A stretch of 64,000 bases of DNA from Blepharisma stoltei ATCC 30299 (lineage: Eukaryota > Protista > Ciliophora). A program made the translations under genes and the position numbers. Under the pieces are notes generated by a model, which saw nothing but the letters and a program-made list of their open reading frames with translations, ran no database searches and was not told the DNA's origin. Below, in pieces: positions 24,688 through 36,128 of the stretch (position 1 is its first letter; every line of letters begins with the position of its first letter). The stretch covers positions 248,001 to 312,000 of the forward strand of contig CBFDEM010000055.1 of assembly GCA_965603825.1 (NCBI GenBank), written 5' to 3'.

Positions 24688-25224
24688 TAAATCCATTGCA
24701 GTGAAATATTTTGTTTTATTTTCCCAGATCTTATATTTTGCTTTCATTTTAGCACCAAAACCATCGCAAAAAATAAATGCTCTTCCTTGATGGGCAACAA
24801 GCATTTTATATTTCATGGATGGTTTATCAAATATAGGCGAATAAGTTTTCTTCCAATTGAATAAGAATATAAAACACTTAACTAATATCCTGTAGCCAGA
24901 ATCTTGTTTCCAAAGATCTCTGCAGTTATATCTCCTGAAATATAGGTGAAGGGGGGTATTCTGGTCTATGTGTCAGATTGTAAGTCATATTTCCACACTC
25001 TTTATAAATTTTCTTGTGATTTAGAACTTCAAAAACATAAATTTGCCCACCAATTGAGATAAACCTCCTCCAGCACGCTTTCTTCTTGGTTTTAGCATTC
25101 TTACTTTAATTGAATTCAAATCAATAGTCACTGATTCTTTTCTTCTAAATGCTTTCCCATTGAGTGCTCCATATGTGAAAAGTTGAGTGCCTTCAACAAT
25201 ACAAGCCATTGCTCTTCCGTGCAT
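24688..25224 (-). pseudogene. Kelch-like propeller gene remnant, copy 2
   Basis: LFTYG...GQIYVF...KYDLQSD with a frameshift near 25050 and in-frame TAGs. Confidence 0.65.
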
Positions 25225-25330
25225 GCTATAAACTGGAAATGGAAAGTGGAAATTTTTGTAAAGGCTTATATTGTATAGATTAATTATAATGAAAGGTGAC
25301 TAATTAAAAATAATTTATTTTATAATTAAT

Positions 25331-26053
25331 ATGTTTGATAAAATTGCCTATGTATCAGGGGCTTTACTGTTTGTAGGCTGTTTGATCTATTTTCCTTGTC
25401 AATATCTTATTTATTATCCATATTTCAACTTGCCATGGGAAGAATCAGAATGCATTGTCAACTCAATAAGCACATCAAAAATATTTTGATATCAAGATAA
25501 ATCTAGAGGCAGACATGACATAGATTATACCTTAATTGATGTAAGTGTAAATGTTGATGGAAAATGGCTTCAAGGCTTTGGATGTGGGTGCTCAAAAGCT
25601 TCAGCTTCCTCAGCGAAAGGATTGATTAATGAAGCTTATCCTTACCAATATACATATTGTCCAAAGTTTTCACAATGTGATGACATGATAATTACGCCAG
25701 CATGATATTGTTCGGATTGCAAAAGATGTAAAGAATTTTTAAATACAACACTGATAAATTGCAAATATTTTCTAAAAAAAGGAAATGACATAATAAATGA
25801 TGTTGATGAAATAAGCGAAAGCTATAAGATAAAATATCCAACAGTAGACTCGACTTATATTCAAGTTACTTTCAGGGAGCATGAATTCTACATTGAAAAT
25901 GTCTATATTGCAATGCAAATCATTGGTTTAGGAGTAATGATTATTTTGCCAGCATCTATTTTGATTTTTATATTTTTAATTTTAGTTTGCAAGTATACAA
26001 TTAGAAAATATAAAAACAGAAGAACCAAAGTGCAAGTTATTGTAAAGATGTAA
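25331..26053 (+). CDS. 240-aa protein with two TM segments and a Cys-rich loop, copy 2 (not in ORF track)
   Basis: 723 nt with the same two TGA=Trp codons and no indels relative to copy 1. Confidence 0.85.
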
Positions 26054-26189
26054 CCTTTTCTTAAAGAATTTTTTATATTCTTCCTTATAATATCTATTAT
26101 TAAAATGTCAATAACTTAAATAAAACGTTTGTTACTTTTTAATTATAAAAATAATTTTTGACAAATCAAATTTTGTTATATGGAATGGG

Positions 26190-26525
26190 ACAGCATGATA
26201 TTGGCCTGATTCCAAAAACTGTTAAGAATTTTCAAGCAAGGCGCATTAAATACAGATTTTTTTTGAAAAAATGAAATGGCATTATAAATGATGCAAATGA
26301 AATAAGCGAGGCTATAAGATAAAATGTCCAATAGCGACTCAACTTATATTCAGGTTACCTTTAGTGAGCATGAATTCTATATTGAACAGGATTATCTTAC
26401 AATAGATATTATTATAATAATTTTGCAAGCGTCTATTTCGACATCTATGTGCTTATGCTTCGATAAGAAAATATAAAAATAGAAGAGCTACAAATCGATT
26501 TGATATGAGATGAGCAATGCTAGTT
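26190..26525 (+). pseudogene. Decayed 3' half of the 2-TM gene family (unit 2)
   Basis: Homologous to 23640-24014 and to the intact genes; disrupted. Confidence 0.7.
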
Positions 26526-26930
26526 TTTAATATGAAATTTTAATTTTCCTTACAATTTCTATTATTAAAAATGCCGATAACTTATTCAAAATGTTTATTA
26601 TCTAAAAAAGTGCAAAAAATAATCTTTGACTAATTGAGTCAAATTATTAATATCTTTTCAAATGCTTCTAAAATATTTTAGTTTAATAATCTGCTAGCTA
26701 AAAATCAATCCTTCCAGATTCTATTATTCTAAATAACTCACAAAACGCTTGGCATTTTTTTTTCAAAATCAATAACTTTGATAATTTTCCCTGCCGAAAA
26801 ATCTTAATCTGAGCCTTTAAGATTCAAAATTATGAATTTAAAATATATCTAAGATTAGCAATTAATAAATAAATGATTTTTTCTAATGATATCTTTTCTA
26901 CTCAATTTCTCCTTATTATATATATATTTT

Positions 26931-27692
26931 ATGGACATACCAAATTTAACACCTTATCCAATAACAGAAGACGTATGGATGATTCCCTGCTTTGTGAATA
27001 GAGAAGAAAACTTCTATCAGCCCCTTTGCAAACCCTTCAGCTCAGACATCGATTGGGAGAAATTGCAAACAAGACAACCATGAACATTAGTAGAAGACGA
27101 CTCTCTGCGAGCTATAATAGAACAGCGTGGGCCTAGGCACTGAAGCACTATCGCGAGAGAATTAAACTCCATTGTACATAAAAGCCTTCCTCTTAGACAA
27201 GGGAAACAATGCAGAGAAAGATGATATAATCATCTTGATCCAGGGCTTTTAAAAGGTAACTGGAAAGTTGAAGAAGATATTTATATATTAGAAAAGCAGC
27301 TAGAAATTGGTAACAAATGGAGTGAAATTGCCAAAAACCTTCATGGGAGAACTGAAAATCAAGTAAAAAATAGATGGAAAAGTATGTCAAAAAAAGCAGA
27401 AAAGTCTTGTCCAAAGGGTTCTGATCCAATTTCTTTTCTAATTTCAGAGAAAAAAAGCATGGAAAGCGAAGTCAAGATGGATAATTCACTGTCTGATATA
27501 AAACCACCACCTGTACAAATGAGTACTGGCAGTCCAGGATTTGTGCCTTATACATTTAATGATCTTGGGTTTTCTTCTTTAGCTGATCAGATAAAGATGT
27601 GCTACAATATGGGAATGGGGTCTTCTGTGCCAACAGAAACAACTCCATCTCCATCGTCTTTATTATTTTTTCAGAGTCCAAACTTTAGATAA
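26931..27692 (+). CDS. Two-repeat (R2R3-type) Myb transcription factor
   Basis: P(TGA 27081)TLVEDDSL...GPRH(TGA 27141)STIA...RQGKQCRER(TGA 27222)YNHLDP...W..EED...GNKWSEIAKNLHGRTENQVKNRW. Confidence 0.95.
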
Positions 27693-27823
27693 TAATTTAT
27701 AAATAAAGTTAATATTTTGAGTATTTTAATATAAAAATTCTTTTAAGCATTATATTAGAAAAATTATTTAAATAATTTTCATTGAATTGGAATGGAGTTA
27801 TATTAACTCAAAATATATAATCA

Positions 27824-28807
27824 ATGTGACCAAATCCTATAAAAATCGCTGAATCTCAGATTAGGAAGCTGAAAAGTCCTCCAAGGGTGCAAAAAAGGTC
27901 AAATTCAATTTCAAATGATAAAATGCGACAGCAAGATGATGGCGAAAGATATTTTACAAGCCATAAGGCAGAATTAGAGTATCTAAAAGAGTTCGCTAAA
28001 CGAAAAAAAATTAAATTTAATTGAAAAGAAATCCAAAAGACAAAACCTAACCGTAATAGTTTGAACTATGAAGATTATCCAACAGAAAATTCTGAAGATA
28101 GCGATATTGATTTTATCAATTTCAATAGAAAAAGAAATAGCAAAGCATATGGCAAAGGAATGTATTGAAACAAAGAAGACTTTTGCAATTTTGATGGAGT
28201 TGATCAAAAGAGACTTACGACGGCTGACTTAGAAAGTTTAAAAGAAAAATATTTAAAACTGAGAAAATCTAAAAATGGTAACGTTTCTTTTGACAGCTGA
28301 ATAGAAGAGTATACGAAATCAAATAATATAAAATTACCAAGCCACAGGAAAAATTACTCTGTTGATAATGAACTAGAAAATGCTGAGTCAAAGCATAGAA
28401 AACAACCTCAAAATAAGCTTCACTGGACATTAAGACTATCTAAAGCAAAATATCAAACAAAATTCAAAAGAAAAAATGCAGATTCACCGCCTGTTGCTCC
28501 GATCAGCTATGGAAGTGAAACCATGTTTGTCTACTTATTAGGGGATGATAACTCCAATTCAAACTCTATTGATGAAATCAATAAAGAAGAAACCCAACCT
28601 CTCACAGAAGGTCCTGAAATTATAAAATCGATCAAAAATCCCCAATATTCCCCATCAAAAGATTATTACAAGAAAATAAAACAAAATTTTTCCCCAAATT
28701 CGAGCTTCAACAAATTTCTATCAATCGAACGTGAAAAAGATTATTTTTCATACAAACAAATCCGAGATTTTCCAAAGGTCCGTCTCTCTAAATTAATAAA
28801 GAAATAA
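27824..28807 (+). CDS. Hypothetical Lys-rich protein (starts ATG-TGA = Met-Trp)
   Basis: Open for 328 codons with TGA=Trp; in frame with track ORF 28523-28807. Confidence 0.6.
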
Positions 28808-28845
28808 CAATAACTATGAATAAAAACTAAGTTTTACCCGTATAA

Positions 28846-30042
28846 ATGGAAGAATCGAAAAAGCCTGTAAGAAAGCTACGTATTGACACTTTCAAGCATC
28901 ATTATCTCGGTTTGTGGGAAGAAATTAGAACTACTCCTCTTCCTCCTCGCCGCTGCTATCATTCAGCTGTATTAATTGGAGATAAACTTGTTATTTACGG
29001 AGGCCAAGATATAAAAGAAGGAGTTTTAGGTGACCTTTGGGCCTTAACAATTTCTCCATTAATTCCTGAAGAAGAAGTCTGGACTGAGCTTTCTACAACT
29101 GGAGATAACCCAGGTCCTTTGTGCAGACATACTGCCGTTGTGAATGGCACCAGAATGTACGTATTTGGAGGAACTGATCATAGAAATGAAAATAGCTCGG
29201 TTTTTGTGTTAGATTTTCAAACACTTGTGTGGACAAGAATTGGCTCGGCTCCTGGGATGCCTCCAGCAATCGATTCACATTCAGCAATTTTATATGAATC
29301 TTCCAATGGATTAACAATGTTGGTATTTGGAGGGTATATAAATGGTCAACACAGTAATGATATTTTTATGTTTAACCTAGAAACACTGCAATGAAATAGA
29401 CCTGATATAAGGCCTGGCCCAGAACCAAGAGTGGACCACCGAGCTGTTTTATATCAAAATGCTATGTGGGTATATGGAGGATTAGGTGACCAAAGCAATA
29501 GACTCAGCGATTTTTGGAGGCTAAATTTAGATACTTATCAATGGGAAGAAATCCAAAACGTCGGAAATTCGCCTGGGACTGTATCAGGCCACTCTTTAAC
29601 TGTATGTGGAGATGTCATGCTTCTTTTTGGAGGTATCCGAGACCTTATCAAAGAAACCAATTCAATGTATACCTATGATTTCAGCAGCAATCAATGAATT
29701 ATGATACAAAATGAAACCTTAATTGAAGATCCAGTTACACCATCAGAAATTGACGAATATAGAAAACAAGCTAGACAAAGATCAACAATTCAACAAAAAA
29801 GCCCTGCAGCTGATGAAATTTCGCCATCAAAAAAACAAAAACCATTATACTCAGGCCCGTCTATTCCAAGTCAAGGCAGGGTCAGAGGAAAAGTCCCACA
29901 TAGTCGTGATGGGCATTCAGCTGTTTTATTTGAGGGGTATTTATACGTGTTTGCAGGAGACAGACACCAAATGCCATTTAACGATACCTACAGCTACTCC
30001 ATTCAAGAGCAAGTTATTAGAACACCTTTAATAAATAATTAG
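28846..30042 (+). CDS. Kelch-repeat protein
   Basis: PPRRCYHSAV..YGG, PGPLCRHTAV..FGG, DGHSAV..FAG repeats. TGA 29392-29394 and 29695-29697 fall at blade-terminal Trp positions. Confidence 0.9.
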
Positions 30043-30110
30043 AAGTGGCACAATTAGTTTAAAATTTTTAATTAGAACTTCATTTTGTCGAAAAAAAAAT
30101 AATATAAAGC

Positions 30111-31160
30111 TTACTGATTGTCCAAGTGAAAAGCAATTAAAATATTTGCCATCAGGTTTTTTTCAAATTGTCTATAGACAGTTTCGAAATCAATTAGCAG
30201 ATTTTTGATAGATTTTATAATCTGAATTTGTGGCTTCTTTATGCAGAAGCAAAAAATATTGCTTTTAAATCTGAGTGTTTGATAGTCTATTGATTCTGCG
30301 TTAGGATTTGCCTCAATTCCTGTGTATTGCGTAATTTCAGGGGTTTTGGCTGCCGCGAGTGATGCGATGCTTTCAACTCTTTCAAAATCGCAGTTTTGAT
30401 TGAGCGACAAAAAGTCGTTGACAAGTTGACATGCAATGTTAGCTAATAATGAGGCATACTGTGATACTTCGTCATCTACAACAGTGCGTAGTGGTTCTCT
30501 ATCAGTCATCATTGAAAGTCATAGAGTTTCCATTGTAAAAAAATCACTATTAATTTCATGCAAATCCAGAAGTTTAATATTTAGTCCTCTACCTGTTATC
30601 CTGTATGCATAATTATCAATATTTATCACCCCTCATTTTATAGCTACTGCTGATATAAATTTGAGAGTTTCTGCGAATAACAAATATTCCTGATAAACTC
30701 CTAATCGAGAGTTCAAAAGTGAATCTAGGTCAAATTTCAAATTGCTCTTTTGCTCACAAGATAAAGTTTGCTCTATACTTTTCAGTCGATACACGTGATG
30801 GATGGTCGAAATGGAAACAGGTGACACCTTAAAACCAGATAACTGGGTATTATATTTCCTACAGAGGTCATATAACACTACTTCATAATAATCCATTGGA
30901 ATTTTTTTAATTTCTTTAATTTTTGCTTCAATCGTATCGGTGATGCACTCAGAATCAAACCTTGGACGAATATTCAAAGATTTTCCATCTTCATTTCTAA
31001 CATAAAAGTCTTTGATTTTTTTCGTTTTGTATTTGGTTTTGCTGTGACGTATAAGGGAAGTTGACCTTTCAGATTCGACTTCATCAGATTTGGGTGGTTC
31101 CAAACTTTCAGAGGAATAAGATGAGTTGTGACCTCCTTTTGTTGACTTTCCGGAAACCAT
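30111..31160 (-). CDS. Hypothetical protein
   Basis: Track ORFs 30633-31160 and 30111-30512 are joined in frame by two TGA=Trp codons. Confidence 0.65.
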
Positions 31161-31248
31161 ATATTCAAATTACAAAAACGCCTATCGTCTAAATTGTTAA
31201 ATATGAAAAATATCATAAGAAAATATTACATAAGTAGTTTTTTAATTA

Positions 31249-33207
31249 TTACTCAACTGAGCATGAGTCACAAAATTGATCGGGATAGGATGGACGCTCT
31301 TGCTCTATTTCTTGTGGAGCGGATTTTCTGTGTTTATCTATATGACTAATCATTGAATGATACTTTTCTTCTGATATTTCTTCATATGGCATTTGGGGAT
31401 ATGGAATACTTTGAGTTTTTGGTAAAAAACTGATCCCTTTTAAGTGGTGCTGAAAATAGTCCAAGGCTTCAGGAATTAAATGCCCCTCATTTTCAGGATC
31501 AAACGATACTGTGCATGAAATTTGGTTATCAGCCCAATTTTTTTGCAAAAATGCTGCGAAACTTAATTGCTCCCACATGCTTACTTCATTAAGGACTTTT
31601 ACCTTTGGATTTTCTTTGATTGGAATAGACACAACAGTCGCATTTGGGTCAATTACATCCGGCTCCATATGATATCCATCATCTTTCAGCTTATTCAGCA
31701 TAATTTTATCAGTGTTAGGCACCCTCACTCTTCTTATATAATGATGAGCATGTGGAAAATGCATTCCAGGAGTTGAGCCAGCCAATAAAGATACAGTTCC
31801 ACTTGGCTTTACAGAAGTAACTTTAATGCTTTCTGGCACCCCAAAAGTTTGCGATATTTCTTTATCATATGATTTTAAAAATCTATATCCTTCATTGCAT
31901 CATTTTTTTAGAGTATCACTGCCATTTCGGCCTAAAAATTGAGAAAGTCCAGTTAAAGAGCAGCCAATTCTTCTATTCCGACCCATTACATTATTAGTTT
32001 CTTCCCAATGAGTCAGGCCTAATGTGACGGTTTTTGCGTACATAAAAGCATATTTCAGTGTTTCTAAAAACTCATCTAAGTTGTGATGGTTGTTTATAAA
32101 GACTTCAACTAAGCAGCATAGTTCATAAGACTCCAAAGTCTGCTCTAAACAAGGATTTCCACCTAGTGCCCTGTAATCTTTTCAATTAGGTGGATCACAT
32201 AATCTTCCATATTTTTGCATATTTTCAAGCCAGGCTAGACCAGGCTCTCCATTTCTTCTTATGCAATCAGCAATTTTGCTATAGTCCATGCCGAGTTTTC
32301 CTAGCACGGAATTATTACTTGCCCATCCAAATTCTTGTCTTTCAGGGTATTTATCATAATTTTTCAATTCTAAAAATTGTTCATCCTCAATTTCTCCAAA
32401 TGCAATTTCAGCAGATCTTCTAACATTTCCAGAGACTACACATTTCCCTATCATATTCATAATATCCACAATATCTCTTGTATCTATTTTCTGATTTATT
32501 TTTCTTGACAAAATCTTTTTGATATTTTCGTGCATTGATATAAGAGGGCCTGGCCCAGCTGCAATTCCACCAAAAGTACTTAAAATCCTGCCAGCTGGGC
32601 GTATTAAAGAATAATCAAAAATAGTTTCAGGTTTGTCTGGTATAAAAAATGAGTCCAATAGCAATTTAAGAGAATTTACCCACCCTTCTCTTGTATCAGG
32701 GATTTGATAAGTCGCACTCCCATTTGGCTTGCAAATTTCTAATTTTCCTGAACCTTTAGTGTCAAATCCTACACCTACCCCAAGCATAGAAGCATCCATG
32801 AGAAAAGTAAAAGGCTTGTATCCAGTTTCTTGTTCAAAATCTTTGGTTGATACAAAGGCGCAATTATTTAATGCGGCATAAAGAAATTTTTCCTCAGTGA
32901 TTTTTGTACCCATAGCCCAAAGACCCCTCCCAGGCGGCAAAAACTTAAAATTAAAGATTTTGTCATACATTATTTCTGCATGTCCTCTGATATTTTTTAA
33001 GTTTTCAGCTCGATTTAGCTGTAAAGAAAAAGTCCCATTTACAACTCTTTCTACTGTTTGGTGCCAAGTTTCATATGTGTGGTCTTCACGGAGACGTGAA
33101 TAGGAGCGACGATAAACAATTTCACCAAGTCCATTGAAGCCAAAGTTTGGATTCCTTGATAAGTAATTGTTCAGAAATGTTCGGTCAAGAGTGAAGACTT
33201 TTCTCAT
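31249..33207 (-). CDS. nrdJ: Class II (adenosylcobalamin-dependent) monomeric ribonucleoside-triphosphate reductase
   Basis: GLGEIVYRRSYSR, FLPPGRGLWAMG, ALNNCAF, SMLGVGVGFD, IPDTREGWV, GNVRRSAEI, NGEPG, GGNPCLEQTLESYELCCLVE, NRRIG, SVKPSGTVSLLAG, QMPYEEI and a C-terminal CDSC. One frame through TGA 32182-32184 and 31900-31902; 653 codons; no introns detected. Confidence 0.93.
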
Positions 33208-33380
33208 TTTATTATTAAAATGGCAGGTTTAAGAAATCATATTTAAACTATGCGATATTCCAAGAGGATAGAAATGCTTTAATAATAAAAATCTTAAACT
33301 GATTTAAATTTTATTTGTATATTAATGATAAAATTTGAAGGAAAAAAAACTTAATCAGGGAATTTGTTTATTTAAATCGA

Positions 33381-33842
33381 TTATTGGCCTTCAGGAGGAT
33401 CTGAAGCTTGAGGCTCTCCATCAACCGCTTTGCAGCATAAAATAAAGACTCCTATTGCGATACAATATGCAGCCATAATATATTGAAGCCTATATATGTT
33501 TTACACAAAACTCCCTTTGATGCACATGGTTCCAGAGCTCTGTAGTATTATTACAATATGTAAAACATTCCTTTTCCAAAGGTCTCACATAAAAATCTAA
33601 AGTACCTGATCAAAACGCCAGGTCTGAATTCAGATACAATCATTAAAACTCCAAATATCCTAAATTGATTATTACGCATAATAAAGAGGCAAGAAAACAT
33701 CAATTGGCTCATCCACTTTATAGTCAGCAAAATCAAAAATGCTCAAAATAAACATTCCAATTCCACAAATCAAGCTTAAAACTCTCAAAAATACATCTTG
33801 TTTCGGCAGCGATTTTTTGATGAGATCAACGTCAATATCCAT
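33381..33842 (-). CDS. COPI-associated/TVP15-like Golgi membrane protein; three introns (16, 17 and 15 nt)
   Basis: Spliced product reads ...LPLYYAIFGVLMIVSEF...YFRFL...GKGMFYIFSGTMCI...LQYIMAAYCIAIGVFIL; 138 codons after removing 48 intron nt. Confidence 0.8.
33490..33504 (-). other. 15-nt intron (gtaaaacatatatag)
   Basis: GT..AG, in-frame TAA, A at -6. Confidence 0.75.
33538..33554 (-). other. 17-nt intron (gtaataatactacagag)
   Basis: The distal AG gives A at -6 and the in-frame GMFYIFSGT. The proximal AG (15 nt) lacks the -6 A and shifts the frame. Confidence 0.65.
33660..33675 (-). other. 16-nt intron (gtaataatcaatttag)
   Basis: Joins two out-of-frame track ORFs; A at -6. Confidence 0.85.
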
Positions 33843-33883
33843 TTTATAATTATGCACCTACAACTTACTATGAATTTCATCTA

Positions 33884-34897
33884 TTATTTGTCAGTTCTAT
33901 TTAAAGAAACCTGTTTTAGAAGTTCTTTTCTCACTGTTCTATACCATTTAAGCAGTGAATTTGGCAAAGTTTCTTCTAGTGCTTTTGCTGGGATTTTACC
34001 ACTCATATCAGCTTGGCTTACAAGTGTTACTAAAAGTGTGGGCTCCCCTGATATTTGTGATATCCTTTTTCTGAAAATTTGTCCACCAAATAATGTTCTT
34101 CCTCTTTCTGCTTTGCTTTTTGGGGGTTGGAAATCTTGAGCTGGGTATTCTCTATAGTAAACTTCTATATCACCGTTATCTCTTTTTCTGATAAATCTTC
34201 TTTCTATAAAATCTCTATCAGAAAAAGGCCAGGGAGCTTTATTTAGCATGTAGTATCCAACAACATCTTGAGTTTTATAAATTTCAATGAATTCTCCGAC
34301 AGAAGATTTATCCCATAGCTTTCTGGTGTTTACATCATAGAGTAAAGAATATAAATCTATAGGATTCGCATTGATTTCCATATCAAAACAAGCTTTTACC
34401 ATTGGCAATTCGGGATTTTCTTCAGTGCCCTAAATAATTCATACCTTTTGTAAGTAAATTCTTGCAAAGGTTTTGGTAACTTTTAGTTTCCATGATCTAT
34501 CTGATTCTCATGATAATAATTGTTCAAAATGCTTTTCTTCTGATAAGACTTCAGAGCTGCAAGGCAAAATTATAGAAAAACCAGGGTTAAACATAGATTC
34601 AAAATCAGGCTTATTATTTGATGGAGTTTTATCTGGTAATTTTGACTCTTCATTGATTTCTTCTGGCTCAGTTGATATGTCCTGCAATTGGGTTTCTAAA
34701 TCTTTCTGAACTTTTGATGCAGAAAGGCTCCCTTTTTCATAATGCTTGATTTGGTTTTCTTCATCAGGGTGTCTTTTGGAATCTACAAAGGTGTTTTGAA
34801 GAGATATATCAGATGAATTTATGTTATACAGGCTGACTGATAGATCAGGTTGATTGCGATATTTTTTTTTGAATAATCGAAGGCAGCAGCATGACAT
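33884..34897 (-). CDS. START-domain lipid-binding protein with N-terminal Cys cluster (MSCCCL); intron 34430-34444
   Basis: RKLWDK, KAPWPFSDRDF, ERG; TGA 34508-34510 = Trp; one 15-nt intron. Confidence 0.85.
34430..34444 (-). other. 15-nt intron (gtatgaattatttag)
   Basis: GT..AG, in-frame TAG, A at -6. Confidence 0.85.
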
Positions 34898-35118
34898 TTT
34901 TAATTTATTTATGTTAGGCAGTTTAAAATTGGCAGAACAGATAAGACTAGAATAGACTATAAGAAAATAATTATGAATAGATTCTGAGAGATTAATTATT
35001 AATAATTATTAGCTATATACTTATATCCTACCACATTCTGAAAACTATCCAACAAATAATCTTAAATCCATAATTTAATAGATCATTATTGGATTTGATA
35101 AAAAACATCAAAAAATAT

Positions 35119-35655
35119 ATGGAGAACGGTTCTATTTCGATGGTAAGCACTATTCAGATGGTTGAGCTTTTACAGTTAACATCAAAATTTTTCAACGATG
35201 CAGCAGAGTTGATAATTCAAAGAAGGGCAGACTCATCAATTTACTTAAAAAACAAAAAAAGAAGAAAAATAAAAACCAAGCGCCACAAGTCAGGCTACCA
35301 AGTCTTTCTTAAAGAGAAAATGAGCGAATTGAAGAAAATTCCTGAATATTCAAGTAAATCATAATCAGATTCAAAAATGAGTACTCTTTCGTCTTTAGTT
35401 TCCCAAGAATGAAGCAAAGTGGGAGAGCAAGAAAAAGAAATGTACAAACAAAGAGCTGAGAAACTTAAACAAGAGGCAGAAATGCAAGACCCAGGAGGAT
35501 CAAAAATTGAGCATTCAACAAGTTTATTGCAGCTTTTGGAAGATAACGATACTATAGAAGAAAATTCGAGTGAAAATGAAAAGTTGGTAAAGATTGAAGC
35601 GAATAAAGACTCTTCTGAAAATGGGGACCAATTTATAAAGGAAGAGAGTGATTAA
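35119..35655 (+). CDS. HMG-box protein with acidic tail; intron 35354-35368
   Basis: TKRHKSGYQVFLKE...LVSQE(TGA 35410-35412)SKVGEQEKEMYKQRAEKLK. Confidence 0.85.
35354..35368 (+). other. 15-nt intron (gtaaatcataatcag)
   Basis: GT..AG, in-frame TAA, A at -6. Confidence 0.85.
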
Positions 35656-36128
35656 AAAAGAACTATCAATAATTTTTTTAATAACCAGTTTTCAGTAAAG
35701 CATTTTGAAAAAATTTAAATTTTTAGTTTACTGAAGATGCTTAAAGAGATCATTTGCTGCATTATTTTTAAAAATAGATTTAATTAAGACTAAATAGGTT
35801 AGAATATCCACGATCAGTTAAAATCAGTTTTTATTGAAAAATCATAGCTGCCTTCATAGCTTTCCCAATTCCTAAATATGAACTTTAGCAATATTTCACT
35901 ATATCATTTTAGCCCAAATCTAAAAAATCCATTTATCTTTTATGCCCTTTAAAAACGCATAATAATAAATAATGTTATAAATTCCCAATTCTCTTCTCTC
36001 CATAACTCTGCTCTTTTTCTTCAATTTTTCCTGTATTTCCTCTATAATTTCCAATTTACCGATTAAAAAACGACATATTTTTTATCTTATCTAATAATTT
36101 CTTTGATACTCCGTTGACAAAAATTAAA

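Larger units (their letters stand above)
24554..26961. repeat. Tandem segmental duplication, unit 2 (~2.4 kb)
   Basis: See unit 1. Unit 2 runs into the intact Myb gene at 26931. Confidence 0.88.

Noticed and set aside
1028-33207. TK + TOP2 + class II RNR as an integrated giant virus or phage
   Set aside because: They are spread over 32 kb among ordinary ciliate genes and share the host code and composition. I saw no capsid, polymerase, integrase or terminal repeats.
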